The notes beneath the pieces are model-generated. The model ran no database searches. It was not told the origin of the DNA and was given only the letters and a program-made list of their open reading frames with translations. This document shows positions 21,323 to 32,448 of a DNA stretch of 64,000 nucleotides, piece by piece (within the stretch, counting starts at the first letter, position 1; each line of letters opens with the position of its first letter). The translations under genes were made by a program, and so were the position numbers. The DNA is from Tricharina praecox (taxonomy: Eukaryota): assembly GCF_024521635.1 (NCBI RefSeq), contig NW_026250411.1, positions 868,001-932,000 of the forward strand. Direction: 5' to 3'.

Positions 21323-24300
21323 TTAGACCTGGTCGTCGCCGCGAGACATGGGCCTCTTCTCCATAGTGGTGGTTCGAGATCCCATGCTGGTCCGCGTCAT
21401 GGTTCGAGCCATGGTGAAGAATCCCTGGCGGAGACTGAGCGAGGCGTCCTTCTTGATTCTGTCCGACTCTCCGCCGTTGAACCATCCGTAGTAGCGCTTG
21501 AGGAACTTCCAGATCTCGACACCGACTATGAAGACAGGGATACCCGCCACAGCGAGTGCCCATTCCCAAGTGATGCCGGTGTGGCGGAGCACCTTCCTGT
21601 TCAGTCCGGGGATGTAGATGACGGGGAAGACCGAGAAGAAAGGGATGATGACGGCCCAGAACAGGAACTTGTTGTCATAGATCTATGCCAAAGTTAGCAA
21701 ACATGAATACCAAACGGGGGGCTAGAACCGTAGTAACTTACGTCCTTGAAGAAGGGGAACTTGGAATCAGTCTGGTAAGGGTTCAATCTGAACATGCTGC
21801 GGCGAAGGCTCTTGAATTCCCAAGAAGAGAACAGAATGAGCCAAGTCAACTGGGCGAATACAGCTGCACGAGCACGGAAGACTGTGTCGCACTGGGGCGA
21901 ATAGTAAGAGTTGCAGTCCTCGCCGAGTTCACCGCCTCCGGCACCATACACAACACAAACGAACGTGAGTAGAGTGCAGGTTCCCATGATGAAACCGTAA
22001 ACCACCATATCAGCAACGATCTGCCAAGTGAAGACACCCGTCTTGATGTTATGCGGCGGACGTCTCATGATTTCGGATGACGGTTTCTCTTTTCCAAGAC
22101 CAAAGGCAGGGAACGAACTCGTGAGCATATTGATCCACAGAACCTGAAGCGGAGCGAGCGGGAAGACCGAAAGTCCATTCCTATCCTGGAAGGCCAAACC
22201 GATGACCAAGAGAATCACCTCGCCGACGTTGGAGACCAGCAGATGAAGGACGAACTTTTGAATGTTGTCGAACATCCTTCTGCCTTCCTCCACGGCTTTG
22301 ACGATACTGGAAAAGTTGTCATCGGTGAGAACTAGATCGGCTGCCGATTTCGCGACGTCGGACCCTCCCTCGCCCATAGCAATACCAACATCGGCACGCT
22401 TCAAAGATGGCGCATCGTTGACACCATCACCTGTCATGGCAACGTATCGGCCGCGGCGGTTGAGAGCCTCAATCATGCGGACCTTGGTGCTCGGAGCGCA
22501 ACGTGCGATAACGAAGGGCAATGTGGGCAGATCGTCGATTTGATCATCCGTAAGCGCATCGAAATCCATGGCAGTCATGCACATAGCCATCGCAACGTCT
22601 GCAGGCAAGTTGCCAAAGTCCTTAGGGATGATTCCGATCTCACGAGCGATAGCCCGAGCAGTTCCGGGGTGATCGCCAGTAAGCATGTGAACCTGGATAC
22701 CGGCGGTTGTGCAATTCTGGACAGCCTCTTTGGATTCGAGACGGGGAGGATCGTACAGCCCAGCAAGTCCGAGCAGGGTGAGTTTGCACTCAACATCCTC
22801 GCGGGGATACTCGGCCCATTCGTGGGAGCTCTTGGGAGAATCGACGACACGCCTAGCAATGGCCAACACACGGAGGCCCTGGTCGGCGAGGAGGGTCATC
22901 TGTCGGGTGACTTCGTCCTTCTTCTCCTGGGTCATGGGCTGAATACCATCACCGAATCCGATGTCGTCACAGAGATCGATGATCCTCTCGACTGCTCCTT
23001 TGGTGAAGATGATCTGCTTTCCACCGTTCGGCTCCTGGAAGACCACAGACATTCTCTTGACGGTCGAATCGAAACCGTACTCTGCGAGTTCCTTCCATCC
23101 GCCCTGCTCGACGAGCTTCTTGCGGCCGAAATCAAAACGATGGGCGAAAACTTGAAGAGCAATCTCGGTTGGATCTCCACTCGCCTGCCAGGCATTCTCC
23201 TTCTCGTCGAAGCGTACGCTGGCAAGATTGCAAAGAGAAGTCGAGTGCAAGAAAGCCTCGAGTTCGGGAACGATCTCGGGATGTTCTCCATCTTGGCCCT
23301 GGGCTTCCGGCACCGGCTCTTGGGCGGGGACTTCGTTCGGGCGGTCCCTGATTTCCGGCTCGTCCGCAAACGTCAGAGCCAAGGCGGATCGCTCCTGATC
23401 ACGGCGAGTTCGCTTCTCCTGGTACTCTCGCTCGATGGCTTCGGCGTCTTCAACAGGTGCGGCGCCAAGTGTAACGAAGCCAGATTTGGGGTTGGTGGCC
23501 GAGTTGTTGCGCTCGACACTGTAGATACCGATCTCGGGAATCCAGATTTTGCGTGCGACCATCTTTCCCTGGGTAAGGGTACCAGTCTTGTCCGAGCAAA
23601 TGTTGGTGACACCGCCTAGCGCCTCGAGGGCATCGAGTTTCCGGACAATAACGTTGTTCTTGGCCATCTTCTTCATTCCAACGGCCATGGTGATGGTGAG
23701 AACGGCGATTAGGGACTCGGGAATAATGGCGATACCTAAATGTTGTCAATAAACCTCATAATCCTCCGAAGAATCATGATTACTCACCTAGCGAAATGGC
23801 GTAAATCTGCACCTCGTGTGTAACATTGAACTTGTTCACGGCGAACACGATGATTGCGAGCAGGAGAGCGCAACCGAACAGAACATAAGCAAGCTTGGCC
23901 AACTTTCTCTGCAAAGGCGTTCCCTCGGTGAGACCAAGGAACTTTCCGATGCCATCCCAAGCCCTCAAAGCAGAACCTTTGATAGGGTTCCACTTGTTCT
24001 TCTTGGGGTCAACGGAGCGGTTCGGCTTTTTGGGCTTCCTGTGCATCGCCGCAGCAATTGCACCCATCTCGGTACCCATTCCAGTGCTGACAACGATACC
24101 TCGGGCACGTCCCTTGGTGACCTCGGTTCCAGAGAAAGCCATGTTGATCCTGTCACCAACACTCTGCTCTCCCTCGATAGCCTCGATGTCCTTGATGACG
24201 GGGATGGGCTCGCCGGTGAGGATAGCTTCGAGAGCTGCGAAGTTGTAGGCTTCGAAAATTCGAATATCCGCGGGCACGATATCGCCGGTGGTTAATTGGA

Positions 24301-24960
24301 TGATGTCACCGGGGACCACCGGGCCACTCGGTATGGTTTTGACGTCGATGTCGCCGTTACGGAGGACGGCCGCGCTAGGGCTCGAAAGACTGCGCAAACC
24401 ATCCACGGTTTTCTCACTGATCGAGACGTCAGCAAGATGATTGTCAGTAGCACGAAAGAATGTTGCACATACGCGTTGTACTCCTGCCAGAATCCAATGG
24501 CGACATTAAGACATATAACTCCTGTGATGACGCCACCCTCGATGTAGTCGCTGGTGCCGTAGGATAGTGCCATCGCAAAGAAAAGCACTCTGATGGGGGA
24601 AGATGTTAGTCAAAGATGAAGGGAATGATGCCGACGAGTCGGTTCGAGAAAGAGGGTACTAACAGAATCCTAAACGGTATCAAGTCAGTGTCCACGTTTC
24701 AATCGATAAGCTGCCACCTACACGCCCGAGCGGGAGACCTACATTGCATTGGCCACCTGCTTGACGAGGATTTTCAACGGCGAGATGGCGCCGTCTCCGT
24801 CGAGCTTGTTCTCGCCATATTTTGCGAAGTTCTCGTCGACTTGTTGCTGGGTTAATCCTTTCTCGATGTTCGTGCCCAGCTCATCCGCAACCTGCTGCCA
24901 CGAAAGCTGGTACGGAGGCTTCGAAAAGGTTGGAGCGGTTGTGGTTTTCTCGCCAGCCAT
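21323..24960 (-). CDS. ENA1: Type IID P-type Na+/K+ efflux ATPase (1107 aa); join(24960..24743,24669..24664,24589..24473,24416..23788,23735..21742,21682..21323)
   Basis: ICSDKTGTLTQGKM phosphorylation site, LTGE, IIPESL, KGAVE, MLTGDH, MTGDGVNDAPSL and FDSTVKRMS motifs. Five GT-AG introns give one continuous frame. Confidence 0.95.
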
Positions 24961-25017
24961 GTCTGTCCATTGGGGTATGAGATTAGGCTTCTTTCACAAG
25001 GAGGGGGATGTGCGGAG

Positions 25018-25025
25018 TATTTATA
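25018..25025 (-). promoter_or_regulatory. TATA box of ENA1
   Basis: TATAAATA on the minus strand about 60 bp upstream of the ATG. Confidence 0.6.
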
Positions 25026-25143
25026 AGGACCTACCAAACTCTGTTCCGTTGTTGTGCTTCGGTGATGGGGTGACGGCATTCGAAAAGAATGGATTGATAA
25101 CAACCGTTAAGCTCCCCGCTAGCAACTCTGGTTTACTACATAC

Positions 25144-26047
25144 CTTGGCCATGCAACCTACTCTACCTACTTTAACTTACTCCCCCACCGATGTGACCGC
25201 CGAGACCTGGCCCGCCGAGACCTGGCCCGTCAACTAGTGCACCAATAAGCAGCTGTGCACTCACAGAGGGCCAGCTCGGCGAGCACGGCGGCTCCATGAC
25301 GGCCGGTACTGCCCTCCACCATCCACGCATGTCAGTGAGTACCGACCCACTCACAATACTCACCCGGTTACACTTCGATGACTGCCCCCAATAGCGACAT
25401 CGCAGAGACGAATACAATGCCCTCCAGTGGTTGGAAGCGGCGTTTCTTCCGACGAGCACATTGAAATCGGGCAAGCGACGGATCCGTCCACAGAAATAAT
25501 CAAGTGTGCACTCGTCCGTCATCCACTGCTGCTCCTTCACAAAATCTCGAAGACAGCCAAGACGTCCAAGACACTCCAAGCCAATGTCCTATGCGACTTA
25601 TCAATACTTCACCGGCATCCTATCCACCCGCCACCAGCAATCACCGCTTGGCAGGCAGGTTTTTGGCCGCGATTGCGATCCGAACCGTGGCCTTCGGTAA
25701 TCCCAAGAGTTTTATCGTCTCGGCGTGAGCTTGGCCGCCTCGACCCGCGTCATGGTTCTCGTCGGCGCTGACAGGTTGCACTTGCCACCTGCTCGAAAGG
25801 CGGCGGGTGGGTCCTACCTATCGTTCTCGAAAGCTCCGGACGCCGAGCGAACAGGACTAAAAGTCTCTCCTACATAGTACATATGTCGAGCACTTTACTT
25901 ATCTCTCTTCCGTCTTCCAACAGGTTCGAAGGCGGAAGCCGTCGGTCGTTCGACGAGCGATGAGCAATAACGCTGTCCCGTGATACCGGTTAAGTGCCCG
26001 CTAGCAGCACACTATTGGTGCGAGCCCGTCTTGGCCGCCGTCTTGGC
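25144..26047 (-). promoter_or_regulatory. Cluster of eight PacC/Rim101 consensus sites (GCCARG) upstream of ENA1
   Basis: CTTGGC at 25144, 25647, 25730, 26030, 26042; CCTGGC at 25206, 25221; GCCAAG at 25556. A ninth site lies at 27132. Confidence 0.75.
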
Positions 26048-27350
26048 CGCCGGGATCGTTGTCGCCATTCGGGAGATGATATGCGAATACGCGCTTCAAA
26101 GATTATTTTTTGCCTTGGGACTTCGGTGAGTTCATTTGGTTGTGCAGGGTCTCCGCTTTATCCTACTGTTGCACGCTCAATTGTCCGTGGAGATGGGATC
26201 TTGCCGCGGCCGTCTGCGCTGGGGACTCGTTCACGAGGCTCTTCGACCGGACGACGTCAAGAGTTGTGGTTGGCGGCTAAGACCAACCAATCTCAGCTGC
26301 GCGCTTGACCGTGGGTTGCAACCGTTTTGGCTGGTCAACTTTCAATGTGCCCGGCAGCAAGCCAACCAACCGGCGAATAACATGATTGAAGACCACCGTG
26401 AACTGCAAAAACTATGCCTGTTCAAGCAACCTTTTACTCGTACTCTTCTAGGGTATCTTCCTGCATCCCCAAGGTACTCTAGCGGACTTCTTTTCGACTT
26501 AGACCGGCTTTCCCCGAGGCCGCCCCCCGCTAAGTCCTGCGAACAAACTCCTCGCATAACTAACTTACCACTGCACCCCTTCGCTCTTACTCGGGAATTC
26601 TCGAACTCAAAATAACGTCGGCAGTTCCAGTCAACTACTATTGACTTATTCAAACCATCCGAACCACGGGGGGATTTGAGGAGTGATCAATGTCTTACGG
26701 AGTCATGGTCCACTCTAGAGTCTAGACCCCCAACATTTACCTTCCGAGCCGAGCATATGGGGAGGTTGGACGTTCTTTTCCCCCATGCTTTCATTCTTGT
26801 TCTCGTTAAAGTTTGCCACTTGATTTGGGAGCGCTAGAGTTAGAGGCTTCCCGGTTTCCGAACATCAATGCGAGCTGTCCTTTCACATGATCATGGCGAT
26901 CGATGACCAGTGTGTGACAGGTTTCGTCATACCCGACGGCGGTTCATTACATACACCAGCCGTCATCCGGAATTTCTACCAAGATCTTCGCCACTTCAGA
27001 CCCTCGGAAATATTAAGTTATCTGATCATGGATCACCCCCCTTCCCTACGCGTTCAGCTGATGGACGACTCTAAATCGTAACTCTAATATGGGAAGATAA
27101 GAGAAAGGTTAAATACAGACTACATTCCATGCTTGGCCAATGCCGCTCACTATGTATCACCAGCAAAATGACAGACATGTCCGCACTTATTCTGGATGTC
27201 TGCTAAAAGAACTGAGACCGCCTAGAGTCGAGCGGGTAAGACAGCTCCTGTCCGTGCGGTATTCGGTGATCCGCCGCCACCGCTAATACTCAGCCCATGG
27301 AATACAAATTTGCTTTTAGACAGTCTTTGCGAATCTTTCAACACGAAAGC

Positions 27351-27423
27351 GCCTCGCTAGCTCAATCGGTAGAGCGTAAGACTCTTAATCTTAAGGCTGC
27401 GGGTTCGACCCCCGCGTGGGGCT
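27351..27423 (+). tRNA. tRNA-Lys(CTT), intronless
   Basis: 73-nt cloverleaf: GCCTCGC/GTGGGGC acceptor stem, TAAGA-CTCTTAA-TCTTA anticodon arm, GGTTCGAC T-arm, T-run downstream. Confidence 0.96.
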
Positions 27424-28659
27424 TTCATTTTTGGCTTTGAAAGCCTCACTACCGGTATTTTACGTACCTACACCATCTCATCTGCTTCGGCCTACCCTTT
27501 GTACCGATTCCGTCCAATTACGCGGTGGTGGCTCCGTTCAAATACGTAGTCGGGGAAGGTGCTTCTAACCTGGACATGCTTTATCCGTCTGGTTTCCGCA
27601 TGCTCGGCGCTCGCGGACCACGGTCTGAAGACCGCCGTAGGTTTTCTTCTAGCGCCCCAAACCATAAATACATAACCTGGCCCCCGTGGTTCCTACTAGA
27701 AATACCACTCGTGGAGTCCTATACATATAGGAGTCAAAAGACAAGCCAAGGACCTCTTTTCTGGCTCTTCTTTGGCACACTCTATGGACGGCACCGACCA
27801 GGACATGCAGAGAATATTTTTTAACAACTCGAAGTTCAAGGGGTGGTTCGCAACCTTTGTACTGGTAGTGTTACAGTCCGGGAAACCAGAGTCCCGGTTC
27901 GGAGCCAGGAGCGAAAAACAGTACCCGCCCGGGGCCGCTGGGGACCTGGTTACGTAAGGGATGTGATGAGGTGCCGACCCCGACAAGTGCACTGGCCTAG
28001 GTAAGCTCCAGTCGGGCTCGGACTCCGAAGCAGCTGTGGGTTTTTGGGAGGTGGGACCGGCGAGTGCATATTTCTTTACGCCTTGTGTGTATGAGGCATG
28101 TACTGGTGCCCCATCCCGAACGCCTGAAGCAGATGTATTATATATACTTAGACAATTTCACAGGGGGTTCATCAACCGATACCTACGGTAGTGTCATCCG
28201 GGGAAGTTCCGTTGCCGGGGACGGAGGGAGGGAGGGAAGTATACAGGCTCGCGCTCGCAATCTCACGTAAGTAAGTGCGTAAAAGACGTGATCGGAGGCC
28301 GACCCGGCACACAGCCAAGACCGAACCGAGACCGAGACCGAGTCTGAGTCTGAGTCGCCCCGCATTATGTAATTTACCCCGACTCCCAAGATCTCTCACA
28401 TGCACACTCGGGACCTGGCACCCGTACGTGCATACGGAACATCAAGGAGACGGGTTACGTAACAAATTCATCGATCCCATACACACGTGCGTACCTATGC
28501 ATGTAGGTAGATATGCACGGTGCAGATGTGGTGGTTGTGGGATGTGGGGAGAAGATCTGGATCGCGGGATGTATATAGAGTCTGTCTACATATGATAGGT
28601 AGGTACTCGTCGGGGCATATTAGAGCGTTGGGGTTCTATGTAGGTATATACATACCAGA

Positions 28660-28925
28660 TCAGATCACCAAAATCTACCTTGGCCTCGATCGTCGGATTA
28701 TGGCCAACCATAGCACATCACTCGCTTCGTTCTCGGCGTGCTCCAGCGAGCGGGAATTACCTGGGTAGGTAGGTCGACCGCTTGTGGACGGTTCAAGCTT
28801 TTTGGTATATGTATGGGGATTGTATTCCCGGCGGATAGTTATCGAAGACAATAAGACTCTATGTAACTTTTCGAGTCCCATAGGTAGTCGAAAAGTGTCC
28901 CAATGGACAAACCTATGCACTGACC
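28660..28925. repeat. Solitary copy of the sequence upstream of the tandem small-gene family
   Basis: ATCGTCGGATTATGGCCAACCATAGCACATCACTCGC…GGTCGACCGCTTGTGGACGGTT…GGACAAACCTA matches ~6647-6885, ~8563-8945 and ~12111-12175. Confidence 0.85.
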
Positions 28926-30583
28926 GTATGGAGGTGGTGGTGATGCCCCGCATATAACGAGTTCACCTCAATGCACCAACCCAAATTGAACAGGTGACCT
29001 TCTGATTATATATCCTAGATGAATCGAATTGACCGAGTTACTGCAGTCTGACGCACTCCTATGGCACTGCACCTGGCGGCGGGATTCGGGAATAAGTCCA
29101 TCAATCGTACGGCTGCTCCTCGAATATAAACGACAAATGTGCGGCGATCGACGCTGGGAAGGAGGGTGATTCGACTGTATGTACAAGTTATGTACTATAT
29201 CTGCCAACTCGGAGCAGCCACGAGGCAATCGCGAGGCTGCTGCTACATACCGAGTACAGACAGCCGGGGACGCATGGTGAAAACTGGACGTGTGATGTTT
29301 ACGTCACTTTCATACTCATTTCGCCGATAACTAGATTCCGTCTGCTCATATGAGTTATCGTATAGGTTCCGACCTCCTTTTCAGTGCAAAATATGATCTG
29401 ACACGTAGAGAAAGAAAATTTAAAATCGGTGTCATGAGTTACTAGTAGGTAGGTACATGACTACTGCCACCGAGTGACGGAGAGTGATATGATATCACTC
29501 CCTAGTAGGTACATAGCTCTCCCAACTCCCGCATCCCTTCGGCTACATATCCTTGTCCCATATTTACAGCGGTAGGCACACTCGATGGGCTCTTCTATGT
29601 AGCTTCTATCCTCTCTATTGACGCGGTGCCAGAAACCATTTGCTATCTCCATACCGATGAGAAAGTAGACGCGAGTCTTCTCCGCCGGGCCGCCTTTGCC
29701 GCGAAGGAATAACAAGCAAGGCAGTGTCCGCTGTCAAGAGTACCCATGCTTGCAATACTATCTATCTATCTGTCGCGCCCAGTGGCAGCGCGACGGAGCG
29801 TCCGCTCGTACTCTGGGACCGACCGTCGATCTCCGGACGTCTAAATTTCATAAGGTTGAGTAATAACTACCATCACGTGTCGGTGTGAATGTCATCGCGT
29901 CTGTGTCGAAAGCGATTGTATCTAAAAATCATGTGATCTGCGTCTAATATTCGAGGACCACACACGACCGTGGTCAACCGCAGTCCTTCCGGTCCTGACA
30001 TGGCTGGGACCGATTAGATCGGACGGACCGTGCCGGACGTTGAACAGCGCCTTCGTACACGTGTAGAGTACGTGCGCTGTGGCTGCTAAATGAGACCTGG
30101 AGTATTTTCCGGTGTCGAAAGGGAAGAATGAGTGAGGTTATTGGGGGTAGTGGGTTCGGAGACATAGTAGCCTCTGAGGGTAAAGACTCCTGCGGGCCGT
30201 GGTAAGAGACGGGATCTGGTTCGGCAGTCGCCCGAGAGTGCTGCGCACCTGACTTACTCTACTCCAGCCTTGTTGTTCAGCTTATGCGACAACCCCGCGT
30301 TTTTGCTTTTAGCTTAAACCCAAAGTCGAGTACACTCTGCCACGATCGTCTTTCCCCACGGAGAGAAGTGTTCACTTCGGAGAGAAACGTTTCGCACACA
30401 GCCACGCCTAGCCGAAACAATAACTGAGAGAAGACGCCCATCCTCAACTTCTAAGGAAAGAATCGCCGCCGACGGTAAAGAGCCTCACGAGCGGCAAGGA
30501 ACACTGGCCGCTCTTGCACAGTGACGGAACACGTACTGCGGGCGGCTAGGCAGACAGCGCCGACACTTGCGACGACTCCATCG

Positions 30584-31968
30584 ATGCTACCACAAAGTGC
30601 GAAAACCACTCACGCAAGGCGGCCAGAAACCTTTCGGGCCGCGGGTATACGCAGAGGTACCACGGTTGGAGACTTGAAAGCAGCCCTTTCCGCTAGGTTT
30701 ACCAACGATGAGAGGGACATGATCGAGATCGAGGCTAGCATCGTCCCATCCTGTGACGCGACAGATGACGCCGTCACCGCTCTATTGTGCTTCAAGCCTA
30801 AAGCTCCCGCCTACTTGGACCCACTGTACAGAGACTTTGACGACACCCAGATCGATACCGAAGTCGGCCACTTGAACTTCGACAAGAACTTCTTTGGGTT
30901 CACCCAGCTCTATCCCACACCCACCGGGCACAAGATCACAGCGGAGTAAGTGGCGATGTCCTCTTATATCAATTCCGGTCATGTACTTATTCACGTTGAG
31001 ATAGCATCATCGCTGTAACGGGGCTTGACGGCCATGCTTATGGCTCGTGGCGATCAAAGACCGAACCCGTCCGGATGTGGTTGCGAGACTTCTTCTCGGA
31101 GGACCCCCCAACATGTAGGACAATGATCTATGGTTACGACTCCAAGTTGGGGAGTGTGAGTATTCATACCGTTCAGGACTACACCTCCGGGCTTTTGGAG
31201 GATATAAGAATGGCACGGACAAGTGAAGTGAGTGTTCCAGAACGTCCGATATCCACCTATATTTAGCTAATATATTGTGACCGACATCTAGGAAAGGGAG
31301 CAGCCGATTATCTTCATTGGTCATAGTTTTGGAGGCATACTCATAACCCAGGTAACCGACGGCTTGTGGAGAATAGTTCCTACTCACTGGAATCAGCTAA
31401 CGAGCATCCTTACACTGCGCAGAGCTTGTTAATAGGATCCGAGGAACAGTTCGGTGACATCGAGGCTTATTCGATATATGAAGCTACCCGGGCCTTGATA
31501 TTCTTCGCCACACCCCATCGTGGACTATCGACAGAAAGTATTCTCAGCTTGATCGATGTAGAAAAGCACAGCGAAAAAGTCGCCCTGATGGAATCGATCG
31601 ATAGGAACTTGGAAGTCCTGCAGTCGCAGCTACAGAGCTTCATCGAAATCGCGCTCCGTTTCAGGATATTAAGCTTCTACGAGCAAAAGAAGACCAAAAG
31701 GCTGGTCCAGGTGAGCTTCATCACATCTTACATATTACCACGCGATGACACAACACTTACTTTCTAGGGTCTAAATGGGACTTGGGCTAGAACCGGTGAT
31801 TTCACTGTTCCGGTTGCTACTAGTTCAGCCCTGCTCGATCTATCCAGGAAGATAGAAACGAGAGTTCCAGTCAATGAAGATCACTCGACAATAGTCAAGT
31901 TAAACAGCAAACACAATCGAACATACAGGTCTACAATTTCGTACATGTGGAACTTGACGGATGGTTAG
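30584..31968 (+). CDS. SesB-like alpha/beta hydrolase (377 aa), paralog of 16503-19661; join(30584..30945,31005..31227,31292..31351,31423..31710,31768..31968)
   Basis: Same four intron positions as the paralog, all GT-AG, no stop or frameshift before TAG 31966-31968. GHSFGG nucleophile, GDFTVP and EDHSTIVK candidate triad motifs retained. Confidence 0.75.
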
Positions 31969-32448
31969 CTTCTCACCAACTCTGGATATAACCCTCAAGA
32001 CCCTTCAAACAGTGCGATGAAGGTGCTACGCGGAGCGATTACGATCAGTCATTTGCGACTCATCAAGCTTCTTCTGAAGAATGGCGCCGATCCGGACTGT
32101 TCCACGGATGGCATGGCTGCTTTGCACCTGGCCGCTCAGCACGGGCACGTAACAATCCTGTTGGTGCTTTTATAAAACGGGGCAAAGATTGAAGCCCAAG
32201 AGAACAATGAATGGACGGTGCTACATGTGGCGGCTCAACACGGGCACGAAGCCATCGTGCGGCTGCTTCTCGACAAGGGAGCCAAGAGTTTACGGAATGC
32301 CCTGCAGGCGACGGCTGACAACGGGCACGAAGCCACAGTGAAACCGATTCTTGCCAAAAAGGGGACGAACGAGGACTGAACCAAGAAACATGCGACTGCC
32401 CTTGGCTTAGCAGAAACGAACGGACATAGGGCGTTAGTTGAGCTCTAA
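31969..32448 (+). pseudogene. In-frame decayed ankyrin tail (~4 repeats) behind the hydrolase stop codon
   Basis: LIKLLLKNGADP…ALHLAAQHGH…TVLHVAAQHGHEAIVRLLLDKGA, with stops at 32173 (TAA), 32377 (TGA) and 32446 (TAA). Confidence 0.8.

Noticed and set aside
22540..23619. 359-aa antisense ORF within ENA1
   Set aside because: Shadow ORF of a codon-biased gene; no independent protein features.
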